DNA from: an uncultured Candidatus Saccharibacteria bacterium
Lineage (GTDB): Bacteria > Patescibacteriota > Minisyncoccia > Phycocordibacterales > UBA9973
Reading direction: 5' to 3'
NCBI GenBank assembly: GCA_964625485.1
Contig: CAZVBK010000003.1
Coordinates: forward strand, 1-36,888
DNA: 36,888 nucleotides
This document shows, piece by piece, positions 15,759-24,277 of the stretch. The notes beneath the pieces are model-generated. The model saw only the letters and a list, made by a program, of their open reading frames with translations. It made no database searches and had not been told where the DNA came from. Positions within the stretch are counted from its first letter, which is position 1. The number at the start of each line of letters is the position of its first letter. Position numbers and translations under genes: made by a program.

Positions 15759-17472
15759 TATTTTATCTAGGACCAAAATTCTTTTTCTAGGTATTTTGTT
15801 TTTTGCTTTCATTTTAGTCAGCAAACTTTTTTTAGTCCAAATAGTTCATAGTGATACATATCAAGAAAAGGCCGACAGGCAGTACGCTACACCGTCTACC
15901 AGTATTTTCGAGCGCGGTAGCATATTTTTTACAAACAAAACTGGCAGTGTCGTTTCTGCGGCGATGCAAACTACTGGTTTCAAACTGGCTATCGCTCCGA
16001 ATAAAATGTCTGACCTAGAAGGCGCATATGAAGCCTTAAGCAAAGTGATAGAGATCGACAAAGAAGATTTTATGGCCAAGGCGGGTAAGACTAAAGACCC
16101 GTATGAAGAAGTAGCCAGTCGTCTTTCTAAAGAAGAAGCTGATGCGATAAGTGCCTTGAAGATTCCAGGAGTAAGTGTTTTCAAAGAAAAATGGAGATTC
16201 TATCCGGGTGAAGACCTGGCTTCGCATGCGCTCGGGTTTGTGGGCTACAGTGGAGACGACCTCGGTGGACGGTATGGTCTTGAGCGAGAGTACAATAGTA
16301 CGCTCTCTCGAGACAAGGATGATCCATATGTGAATTTCTTTGCGGAAGTATTTTCTAATATTAGTGATACTTTGTTTAGTGATGAAGAAAAGAAAGGAGA
16401 TGTGGTCACCACTATAGAGCCGACAGTGCAGGACTTTTTAGAAAAGAAAATGATCGAGGTCAAGAACAAGTATTCTGTAGATTCTATCGGTGGTATCATC
16501 ATGAATCCTAAAGATGGATCTATCTATGCTCTCGGGGTAAAGCCAGATTTTGATTTAAATAATTTTTCTAAAGTAAAAAACGTAGCGACCTTTTCGAACC
16601 CTCTCGTCGAAGGAGTGCTCGAGTTCGGTTCGGTGTTCAAGCCTCTAGTCGTCGCTTCGGCGTTAGACAAAGGTGTCATTACTGCCAATACTTCTTACAA
16701 TGACACGGGTTCGGTAATCGTAGAGAAGAAAGAAATCTTTAACTTCGACAAGAAGGGGCGTGGACCGGGGACGACTATCCAAGATGTGCTCAATCAATCT
16801 TTGAACACAGGCATGGTGCTGACCTATAGGAAGCTCGGGAAAAAAGACATGCATGATTATCTGATGTCTTTTGGTATTAAAGATAAAACTGGAATAGATT
16901 TGCCAAACGAGACGAGTGGCTTGGTCAGTAACCTTACATCGAACATCAAGAATGCTCGCGAGATAGAGTATGCCAATGCTGCTTTCGGTCAAGGTATTGC
17001 TCTTACTCCAATCGAGATGGTGCGAGCTTTGTCTGCTCTAGGCAACGGTGGCAATTTGGTAGTACCACACTTGGTAAAAGAGATAAGATATAGTGACAGT
17101 AGTGTAAAGGTCATGGAGTATCCAACTGTTCCAACCAAAATATCCAAAGCTACAAGTGAAGAGATAACTCGGATGCTCGTAAAAGTTATGGATGATTCTT
17201 TAAAAGAAGGAAAGGCCAAATTCGAGCATTATAGTGTCGCCGTAAAAACTGGAACTGCGCAAGTTGCAGACAAAACCAGTGGAGGCTATTATAAAGATAG
17301 GCATACGCATTCATTCTTCGGATACTTCCCAGCTTATGATCCAGAGTTTATAGTTTTCCTTTACGCGGTGAACCCAAAGGGTGTGCAGTATGCTTCTCAG
17401 ACTTGGGCGGATCCATTTATAGACATTACAAAGTTTCTACTAAACTATTACGAAGTCGCACCAGACAGATGA
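15748..17472 (+). CDS. ftsI: Class B penicillin-binding protein / peptidoglycan D,D-transpeptidase (FtsI-like)
   Basis: N-terminal TM, SVFK (SxxK), SLN (SxN) and KTGTA (KTG) motifs in the canonical order. Confidence 0.9.
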   Translation: MTSSILSRTKILFLGILFFAFILVSKLFLVQIVHSDTYQEKADRQYATPSTSIFERGSIFFTNKTGSVVSAAMQTTGFKLAIAPNKMSDLEGAYEALSKVIEIDKEDFMAKAGKTKDPYEEVASRLSKEEADAISALKIPGVSVFKEKWRFYPGEDLASHALGFVGYSGDDLGGRYGLEREYNSTLSRDKDDPYVNFFAEVFSNISDTLFSDEEKKGDVVTTIEPTVQDFLEKKMIEVKNKYSVDSIGGIIMNPKDGSIYALGVKPDFDLNNFSKVKNVATFSNPLVEGVLEFGSVFKPLVVASALDKGVITANTSYNDTGSVIVEKKEIFNFDKKGRGPGTTIQDVLNQSLNTGMVLTYRKLGKKDMHDYLMSFGIKDKTGIDLPNETSGLVSNLTSNIKNAREIEYANAAFGQGIALTPIEMVRALSALGNGGNLVVPHLVKEIRYSDSSVKVMEYPTVPTKISKATSEEITRMLVKVMDDSLKEGKAKFEHYSVAVKTGTAQVADKTSGGYYKDRHTHSFFGYFPAYDPEFIVFLYAVNPKGVQYASQTWADPFIDITKFLLNYYEVAPDR

Positions 17473-17509
17473 TGTCGAAGGTGGTGCATTCTGGCAATTT
17501 TAATTATAT

Positions 17510-18808
17510 ATGAGAGACATATCTAAAAAAATACTTTCTACAGTACTTCGGACCGAGTCACGCTTGGTGCTTTGGAAGTACAAACCGAAAGTTGTAGCTA
17601 TCACCGGCTCTGTGGGAAAAACTTCTACCAAGGATGCCTTGTATGCCGCACTTTCCAAGATGGCTTATGTACGGAAGAGCGACAAGAGCTACAATAGCGA
17701 GCTCGGGCTACCCCTGACTGTACTCGGATGTCCGAATGGTTGGAACGATCCAGTTATCTGGACCAAAAATATTTTGAAAGGATTGTGGCTATTTATTTGG
17801 CCCCATAAATATCCTAAATGGCTGGTGCTCGAAGTTGGCGTGGGTAAACCCGGCGACATGAAGACCACTGCGTCATGGCTACAAACAGACGCTGTGGTAA
17901 TAACCGCTATAGGAGATCTGCCTGCTCATATAGAATTCTTCAATTCTCGCAACCATCTTATAGAGGAGAAAAGTGGCTTGATAAAAACTTTAAAAAAGGA
18001 AGGCATTTTGATTTTAAATCACGACGATGAAGCCGTGATGGGCATGAAGGAAAAGACCAAGAGTAGGGTCATAACTTTCGGTATGAGTGAGGGCTCTGAT
18101 GTCCTGGGTTCTGAAGAAAATATTTGGTACGACAAAGACGCCAAACCCGAGGGAATAGTTTTCCGAGCAGATGTGGGAGGCAGTAGTCTGCCCGTAGCTA
18201 TCGAAGGACTTTTCGGCAAGAACCACGTGTATGCGTCACTTGCGACACTCGCATTTATTTACAGCATCAAGCTCAATGTTTTGTCGGCCATAGAATCCCT
18301 AAAGAATTATGATTTCCCTCCGGGAAGAATGCGCATTTTATCTGGCATAAATGATTCGACTATTATCGACGATACTTACAATTCTTCACCATTTGCTTGC
18401 GAGTCTGCTTTGAGAACTCTCGGTGGGGTGAAGTCTAACGGCAGAAAAATTGCTGTATTGGGAGATATGCTCGAACTCGGCAAGCACACCAAAGAAGCAC
18501 ACGAAGGTATGGGTAAGCTTGCGAAAGAGCAGGCAGATGTAATGGTAGCGGTTGGTCCGCGCTCAGAGGCTACTCGCGATGGGGCACTTGGTGCTGGTAT
18601 GGCGGAGAGTAATGTTTTTTATTTTTTAAATTCTACACTGGCCGGAGAGTTCTTGCAGACTTTTGTGGGAGCAGGGGATTTGGTTCTAGTTAAAGGCTCT
18701 CAAGGTATGCGGATGGAACGCGCTGTGGAAGCAATACTCGAAGATAAAGCTAATAAAGAAAAGTTGTTGGTCCGACAGGATAAAGAATGGCTAGCTAAAA
18801 AGTGGTAA
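17510..18808 (+). CDS. murF: UDP-N-acetylmuramoyl-tripeptide--D-alanyl-D-alanine ligase
   Basis: ITGSVGKTSTKD P-loop, YNSELGLPLTVLG, and a DDTYNSSP Mur ligase C-domain motif. Confidence 0.9.
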   Translation: MRDISKKILSTVLRTESRLVLWKYKPKVVAITGSVGKTSTKDALYAALSKMAYVRKSDKSYNSELGLPLTVLGCPNGWNDPVIWTKNILKGLWLFIWPHKYPKWLVLEVGVGKPGDMKTTASWLQTDAVVITAIGDLPAHIEFFNSRNHLIEEKSGLIKTLKKEGILILNHDDEAVMGMKEKTKSRVITFGMSEGSDVLGSEENIWYDKDAKPEGIVFRADVGGSSLPVAIEGLFGKNHVYASLATLAFIYSIKLNVLSAIESLKNYDFPPGRMRILSGINDSTIIDDTYNSSPFACESALRTLGGVKSNGRKIAVLGDMLELGKHTKEAHEGMGKLAKEQADVMVAVGPRSEATRDGALGAGMAESNVFYFLNSTLAGEFLQTFVGAGDLVLVKGSQGMRMERAVEAILEDKANKEKLLVRQDKEWLAKKW

Positions 18809-18847
18809 TGAGACGGTTTCCCGAACTCTGTATTACAGAAACTTGCA

Positions 18848-18876
18848 TTGATTTTTGTGGAGATAAGTAGTATAAT
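18848..18876 (+). promoter_or_regulatory. sigma70-like promoter TTGATT-17-TATAAT
   Basis: Hexamers at 18848-18853 and 18871-18876, 40 nt after the murF stop. Confidence 0.5.
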
Positions 18877-18964
18877 ATAAGGTAGACAATTATGCTCTTT
18901 AGAGCTGAAGTTATATGCGTTCACCGCTGTTTGGCTTTCTCTCCGTCCGGGATGAGAATAATCG

Positions 18965-19429
18965 ATGTCGCAATTTCGCAAGAGCAGTCACAGAACCCGA
19001 GTTTCCCGCATGATGGACAAAATGGAAGCGGAGGATGCAATGAGTAGTTCATCGAAAGACGGATTCAGGAGAATCTGTCGTACGTTGAGCTGGGCTTTTG
19101 GGGTCGTTCCTTCATTGTCGCCAGTTGCGTTTTCACTGGCTCCGTTTCAGGAGGAGGAGCTACCTCCCCCGGCAGACGAGCAGAACGATGAAGGAATTGA
19201 AAGACTTGCCATTGCTCAAAAAGTGGCGATCGACGAGCTCTCGATGTTTCGAGAGACCGACGAGTATTGTTGCCCAGAGGGTGCACTGATGTACCTTCGC
19301 TCATTTCCCAACGAAGAAACGGAGGATGTCGCCGATGAACCTGGAGTTCATCCGAGCAGTACAAATGGGGTTTACGGTGTTGCTGGGGTTGTTTTTCCTT
19401 CTTCTGAGGCAGGCATATCGGTCGCCTGA
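18965..19429 (+). CDS. Hypothetical acidic protein; start ambiguous
   Basis: The ORF is GC-rich. GGAGG lies 6 nt before an internal ATG at 19040 (MSSSSKDGFRR...). A 51-aa ORF at 18892..19047 overlaps that ATG in an ATGAGTAG arrangement. A bulged hairpin plus a T-run lies at about 19470-19510. Confidence 0.45.
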   Translation: MSQFRKSSHRTRVSRMMDKMEAEDAMSSSSKDGFRRICRTLSWAFGVVPSLSPVAFSLAPFQEEELPPPADEQNDEGIERLAIAQKVAIDELSMFRETDEYCCPEGALMYLRSFPNEETEDVADEPGVHPSSTNGVYGVAGVVFPSSEAGISVA

Positions 19430-19525
19430 CATTGACCGAGACTAGTTGTTCGCAAATCATTTTGGCTTTACCGCCGCCCCTGGCGCATTCACTGCGACGG
19501 GGGTTTACTTTTTCCACATGAGTTG

Positions 19526-19554
19526 TTGTTTTTAGTGACTTTATTTGATATAAA
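19526..19554 (+). promoter_or_regulatory. sigma70-like promoter TTGTTT-17-TATAAA
   Basis: Hexamers at 19526-19531 and 19549-19554. Confidence 0.4.
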
Positions 19555-19606
19555 TTTATTAAGCCATCAACAAGGTATGCAACCCTCCACGGCACAGGAG
19601 TTTGAT

Positions 19607-20275
19607 ATGCTCCACAAGTTTAAGTTGGTTCGTAGTGTTGGTGTTGTTCTTTTTTTTACAATTTCTTCAGCCCCAGCCCGTGCGCAGGAGACTGTGGCCA
19701 ACGTCCGTTTCGGACTGAACCGCAAGACAACTTCCCATCGCGTCGCTGAGATCTTCAGCAAGCGAGGACGCTTCACTGTGCCTCATGTTGGATATACTGA
19801 CTTCGGTCAGCAGTCCGACTATCGCGCCTTTATGGCCGGTTTGGGGTACGACGCGTTTTCGTCCGAAGAACTCATCGTTACGACTGGGTTCAATCTCGTG
19901 CAGAGCGCGGGCAAGAGCTCGCACAATACTCTGTACATCCAACCATGGGTGGAGGGTGTCTACGAAGGGCACGAAGGGTTCGAAGCAGAAGTTTCGGTCT
20001 CACCGCACATCCCGATCAATTCATCTGGACTCATTCAACTCATGGTTGAAGAAGCCAAGGTGGAACGCCGACTGACTAGTTTTCTCAAGTTTGGCGTCGG
20101 TTATGGCGCAGACAAGTTCCGAGGCGAGCGCCTTGAACACAAACCATTCCTGACCACTACGGTCAGGCCATGGCGAGAAAATCTCGGCAGTCTCGAGTTT
20201 TGGTGGCAAAGAGCACCACACGGAGGGTCGCAAGTTCAACTCCACTGGGAGCTGACTCGTTCCAAGGAGCACTGA
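19607..20275 (+). CDS. Exported beta-strand-rich protein (beta-barrel-like), 222 aa
   Basis: AGGAG lies 7 nt before the ATG at 19607. The signal-peptide-like N-terminus is MLHKFKLVRSVGVVLFFTISSAPARA|QE. Repeated alternating hydrophobic/polar strands are present (LIVTTGFNLV, FEAEVSVSP, LKFGVGYGA, SQVQLHWELT). Confidence 0.6.
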   Translation: MLHKFKLVRSVGVVLFFTISSAPARAQETVANVRFGLNRKTTSHRVAEIFSKRGRFTVPHVGYTDFGQQSDYRAFMAGLGYDAFSSEELIVTTGFNLVQSAGKSSHNTLYIQPWVEGVYEGHEGFEAEVSVSPHIPINSSGLIQLMVEEAKVERRLTSFLKFGVGYGADKFRGERLEHKPFLTTTVRPWRENLGSLEFWWQRAPHGGSQVQLHWELTRSKEH

Positions 20276-20285
20276 AGAATAGATA

Positions 20286-20314
20286 CGGGCGGGGGCAATC
20301 ACGGCCTCCGCCCG
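20286..20314 (+). terminator. GC-rich hairpin terminator, with a second hairpin plus T-run at about 20341-20385
   Basis: cgggcgggggc...gcctccgcccg, then atcgc...gcgat followed by tttttgttttt. Confidence 0.5.
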
Positions 20315-20635
20315 AGAAGGGTACTATTAAGTGAGTATTATCGCTAGAAGCTTATCGCTTTCTCGGCGATTTTTTGTTTTTAAGTATAAGTAAATTTAAG
20401 GAATTTTTTTAATAGGGTTTTTTTAAAATTAGCCGAGTTACCCATTGACAAAACACATTTTTTATGCTAGGAATAGGTCAGATGTTGGGTCTTTACCCGA
20501 CAAGCAATACTGTACTTCGTCAACTTAAACCAACAGATTTAAGAGAAAAGCGGATAGCACCACGAAGGTGCTCAGTTAGTAGTAGGGCATTACCACAAGG
20601 TAGTGTCTCAACTTCAAGTATGTGAGGTTCGAACT

Positions 20636-21757
20636 ATGCGTTTCGTGCTCGCGTTTATCGGGATGATGCTTTTGGCTTTCGGCACAGCAAGTGCTGAGGG
20701 TGGGAAGCTTGTCGTTGTCGACACGATTCGGGTCACCGGATACAGGCTGGGTCAGCCCCTGGTGCCTTACGAGTTTCGTGGTCGTATCGGTAGCACAGAA
20801 GTAAGTGCGAAGGTGCAAGTTGTCGGCTTAGCCGACGCGACACCGTTTCGAATTTGTGGTACCGACAAGGAGTGCTCGAAGCGCGAAAACATCAAAATCG
20901 CAAGAATGCGAGAAGATGGTGCCAAGAGCATTCTGAAAGACATGGGCTTCAGTATCGCTGAAGAATTTCCGAATGAACCCATAGTTTCGGACATCCGAGG
21001 AGATCAGTATCGTGGAGTGATGATTTACATCCTACGCGAGGAGAAGCCTGCGATAGCGCCTGTGGTGCCCGCAGTCTCAAACGTCTCCCCGGGCAACGCG
21101 TTCGCGGATTCGATCGCTCGTATGAACGAGACGGTTCGCGTTTTGAGAGATTCACTGAAGAAGATGCCCGAGATGGTAGCAGTCAAGGCTGATTCTGCCG
21201 TAACTCGTGTCGTCGAGAAGTTCGTCAAGGGCTACAGTGAAGAACTCAAGAAAGATCGTCCTTCGCAAGGAGGCATCTTGTTCGACAACGTCAACTTTGG
21301 TGTTGGAGTTGTCGGCATGAAGGCCAATAATGGCGCAGATTCATTTGCGCCGAGTCTTGGCGTCTTCATCAAACCACGGTCTGTACGATTCGAGCTCGCG
21401 CTCGAAGCAGGGTACAGACCTGCAAAGTCTTCAAACGTTTGCAATCGTGCTGATGTGTTTGGCGCGATTAGTGTACGAGTTCCAGTCAGTAGTCATATCG
21501 CCATTAGTGGCGGTGTATTCACTGACCGTGAGTCGTGCACAGATGGTGGGCCCAAGCTCGCAGAAAGGTCCCTGAGTACAACAAACGGTGTTTCTTTCGG
21601 CTTTGTGTCGGGGGTAGACATCGGTCATAGTTTCAGGCTCAACCTCAAACCCGAAGTTGCGTATGGGCAAACAACAACTGCCCAAACGTTGAAGAAGCAA
21701 AGCGGAGCGGCTTTCCGGCTTGGTGCCGAAATTCGCACACAAAGCGGACGTAAGTAG
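20636..21757 (+). CDS. Exported protein with an N-terminal OmpA-like (peptidoglycan-binding-type) region and a C-terminal beta-rich region, 373 aa
   Basis: GAGGT lies 7 nt before the ATG at 20636. Signal peptide MRFVLAFIGMMLLAFGTASA|EG. VQVVGLADATPF...NIKIARMREDGAKSILKDMGF...YRGVMIYI resembles the OmpA_C pattern. The C-terminus has alternating strands (VRFELALEAGY, FRLNLKPEVAY, AAFRLGAEIR). Confidence 0.6.
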   Translation: MRFVLAFIGMMLLAFGTASAEGGKLVVVDTIRVTGYRLGQPLVPYEFRGRIGSTEVSAKVQVVGLADATPFRICGTDKECSKRENIKIARMREDGAKSILKDMGFSIAEEFPNEPIVSDIRGDQYRGVMIYILREEKPAIAPVVPAVSNVSPGNAFADSIARMNETVRVLRDSLKKMPEMVAVKADSAVTRVVEKFVKGYSEELKKDRPSQGGILFDNVNFGVGVVGMKANNGADSFAPSLGVFIKPRSVRFELALEAGYRPAKSSNVCNRADVFGAISVRVPVSSHIAISGGVFTDRESCTDGGPKLAERSLSTTNGVSFGFVSGVDIGHSFRLNLKPEVAYGQTTTAQTLKKQSGAAFRLGAEIRTQSGRK

Positions 21758-21784
21758 CTCAACTCACCCTCAACAGCCAAACAC

Positions 21785-23440
21785 ATGAAAGCAAAAAAGT
21801 TTTTGTACTCACTGCCACTTTTGCTCCTCGGAGCATGTGGCCTTGCTGATGTACAACTCGCGCCAGAACCAGCTCCACCGCCCACAACGGGCGTGGTCTT
21901 CCTTTCGGTTCGACCGAAAGGCATTCCTGGATTGGATTGCAAGTCCGGTCAAACGACGATCACCCCCGAGACGTACAGTGTTGTACCTCTGGGGTCGGTT
22001 GCCACAATCGGTTGCAAAGCGCCCGATTACGAAGACGGAGAGACTTCCGTCTTCAAGCTTACTTCAGATACCATGGCGATTAGTCTCATCATGGTGAAGA
22101 AGCAGACACTACCGCCGGCACCCACAACGGGTTTCGTAGTGGTGGGAACTCTTCCCGCCAACGCGACGAATCGTCATTGTTCGGTGTCGTTGCTTGATGG
22201 AACAGCAAAGATCGGTCCTTTCCGGGCCGACACAATGCTTACTCCCAAGCTCGGAGTGTCTTTCGCGGAATGTGTCGCGGATGGATATCAACTTACTCGC
22301 GGGCCCAACTTTGTTGTTGGTCGCGATACCGTCACACCGACGGTCGCGCTGATTCCCATCACGCCACCGCCGAACTTGAGCGTACCTGTGTCGATTTCGA
22401 CCGCCATGCCGGCGCTTCGGATTGACAGCTTGGTCCGCTATAGCAAGACGGGGGTTCCTTCTTCGATTGTTGTTGGTGTGAATATCGGGCCGAATAGCCC
22501 GTATCGCACCAATATTAGCGCAGACAGCTCCCTGTATCACTGGTGGGGCAGTGCCAACGGTTTTGTTTCAGACTTTGTTCACGCTGCGCCAGTCGCAGGA
22601 CAGAACATTTCTCTGAAGCTCGACCTCAAGCCTGTGCCACCACCGACCATCGACCCACCCACAACGGGGTCGATCGGCGTCTTTTCTTCACCGAAAAACA
22701 TGTCGGTAAAGGTCAGCAGATTTTCGATTGTTTCAAACTCGTGGATCCTGGTGCGTAATACCACCAGTGATACCACGCTTGCTGGTCTCGATTTCGGCTC
22801 TTATATGGCCGAGTACACAGACCCGACGGGTGAGTATCATCCCTGCAAGGATTATGGTGCAGTGAATCCGGGACTTGTCTCGGAGCCACTCGTCTGCATG
22901 ATGCAGAAAAAGGGAGATGTCACAAATCCTCCACCGCCACCTGAGGCCTCTATCACTTTCACTGTTTCGCCCTTGATCATTGATCCAGGTGAGACGGTGA
23001 CTCTGACTGTTTCGGGCAGGGGAGTAAGGTTTGTGTTCATCAGTCCGCTCGGCATCACGACTCTCGGTGGCTCCTATACGGATAATCCACTCGAGAGAAA
23101 AACTTACTGCGCTGTTGGAATCAGTGAGTTCGGCAACACAGAGCAGATCTGCCACACAGTTACAGTGAGGAGCGTCACACCGCCGACCACAGGAACTCTG
23201 TGGGTCAAATCCAACCCCACCGGCATGGAAGCCGTGTTGTATCGCGTCGAGGATGGCCCACCACGGGAAATCCGCAACGATTACACGAACTTCTCGATGA
23301 CCGTGGTGCCAGGCTGGTACAAGGTGTACTGCCTCGAGCCAGGGCAGAAGAATTACAAGAGCATGTGGGTCGGTCCGGTGCAAGTCCGCGCCGGCGAGAC
23401 GGTAACCCTCTTCTGCGAGATGAAGAGGAAAGAAGAATAG
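21785..23440 (+). CDS. Lipoprotein with repeated Pro-Thr-Thr-Gly-initiated beta-sandwich (PEGA-like) modules, 551 aa
   Basis: The lipobox is LLLGAC. It is the longest GC-rich ORF. Modules start at PPPTTGVVFLSV, PAPTTGFVVVGT, DPPTTGSIGVFS and TPPTTGTLWVKSNPTGMEAVLY, the last being a PEGA-type signature. Confidence 0.75.
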   Translation: MKAKKFLYSLPLLLLGACGLADVQLAPEPAPPPTTGVVFLSVRPKGIPGLDCKSGQTTITPETYSVVPLGSVATIGCKAPDYEDGETSVFKLTSDTMAISLIMVKKQTLPPAPTTGFVVVGTLPANATNRHCSVSLLDGTAKIGPFRADTMLTPKLGVSFAECVADGYQLTRGPNFVVGRDTVTPTVALIPITPPPNLSVPVSISTAMPALRIDSLVRYSKTGVPSSIVVGVNIGPNSPYRTNISADSSLYHWWGSANGFVSDFVHAAPVAGQNISLKLDLKPVPPPTIDPPTTGSIGVFSSPKNMSVKVSRFSIVSNSWILVRNTTSDTTLAGLDFGSYMAEYTDPTGEYHPCKDYGAVNPGLVSEPLVCMMQKKGDVTNPPPPPEASITFTVSPLIIDPGETVTLTVSGRGVRFVFISPLGITTLGGSYTDNPLERKTYCAVGISEFGNTEQICHTVTVRSVTPPTTGTLWVKSNPTGMEAVLYRVEDGPPREIRNDYTNFSMTVVPGWYKVYCLEPGQKNYKSMWVGPVQVRAGETVTLFCEMKRKEE

Positions 23441-23504
23441 TCTGTTGGTTGAAGTCGAGCTTTATATACCAGCTCGTAAAACATCGGTATTAAAACAATA
23501 TCAC

Positions 23505-23545
23505 ACCGGTCGCGCGCTTTCGAGCACGCGACCGGTTTTCGTTTT
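23505..23545 (+). terminator. Rho-independent terminator
   Basis: accggtcgcg...cgcgaccggt 10-bp stem followed by tttcgtttt. Confidence 0.6.
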
Positions 23546-23575
23546 CAGATATTCAAAGCAGGATGTTGGCATATT

Positions 23576-23584
23576 TGTTATAAT
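23576..23584 (+). promoter_or_regulatory. Extended -10 promoter (TGtTATAAT) 6 nt before the ATG; possible leaderless mRNA
   Basis: TG at 23576-23577, TATAAT at 23579-23584, ATG at 23591, and no SD. Confidence 0.4.
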
Positions 23585-23590
23585 CAAATA

Positions 23591-24268
23591 ATGGCTTCAC
23601 AATTCATTAACAATATCCTTTCGATGTTTGATCCACGGTTCAAGAAAGAGGCCGACTACCTAGAAAAAATCCTCGCTGAATACGAGAAGAAACACCCTAT
23701 ATATGAAGAGTTCCGAGCAGCCTCACACAAAGCCTTGCAAGCCCTTTTGGAGGAAGGCGGGTACAGGTATCAGATATCTTCTCGGACCAAGACTAAAGAG
23801 AGACTGAAGGAAAAGCTTCTTCGTAAAAAAGATCAAGATATATATTATAGTTTTGTTAGCGACATAGAAGACATAGTGGGTTTGCGAGTTGTTTTTTACA
23901 CAGAAAGAGACAGAGAGAGATTCCTTAAAGCGCTAAAGCAAGAACTCAGTGGTGCATTTAAAACCGAAGAAGTAATGAAAGAAAATGGATACAAGGCTAC
24001 ACATGTGGTCATGTCTTTCGGTTCAAAGCGCACTAGCTTGAGTGAGTACAGGCATTTTGCAGGTTTGAAAAGTGAGCTCCAGATCACATCTATCTTGCAA
24101 CACGCCTGGGCGGAGATAGAGCATGATTTGATTTACAAAGACGTGAATAATTTGAAAGTTAGGGACCCGAGGAAGTTTGAAATATTGAAAGAAAAAATGA
24201 ATCATATTCTCGAGAAGTATATTAAAAAGGCCTCTCAAGAACTCGAGGATGTGATGGAGAAAGAATAA
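23591..24268 (+). CDS. Single-domain RelA/SpoT-homolog nucleotide pyrophosphokinase (small alarmone synthetase-like)
   Basis: 225 aa with SSRTKTKERLKEK, DIVGLRVVFY, GYKATHVVM and ELQITSILQHAWAEIEHDLIYK. There are no HD hydrolase, TGS or ACT regions. The gene has AT-rich, core-like composition. Confidence 0.85.
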   Translation: MASQFINNILSMFDPRFKKEADYLEKILAEYEKKHPIYEEFRAASHKALQALLEEGGYRYQISSRTKTKERLKEKLLRKKDQDIYYSFVSDIEDIVGLRVVFYTERDRERFLKALKQELSGAFKTEEVMKENGYKATHVVMSFGSKRTSLSEYRHFAGLKSELQITSILQHAWAEIEHDLIYKDVNNLKVRDPRKFEILKEKMNHILEKYIKKASQELEDVMEKE

Positions 24269-24277
24269 AATATTGAT

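Noticed and set aside
20445-20473. Promoter for the 20636 gene based on a consensus TTGACA at 20445-20450
   Set aside because: No acceptable -10 hexamer lies 16-18 nt downstream (TAGGAA/AGGAAT only), so I did not report it. If it were real, it would imply a structured leader of about 165 nt (stems at about 20483-20500 and 20557-20573).
22109-23383. Minus-strand ORFs 22109..22540 and 22733..23383 (143 and 216 aa)
   Set aside because: They lie inside the 551-aa lipoprotein gene. GC-rich DNA produces long antisense ORFs, and these are Arg-rich with no SD.
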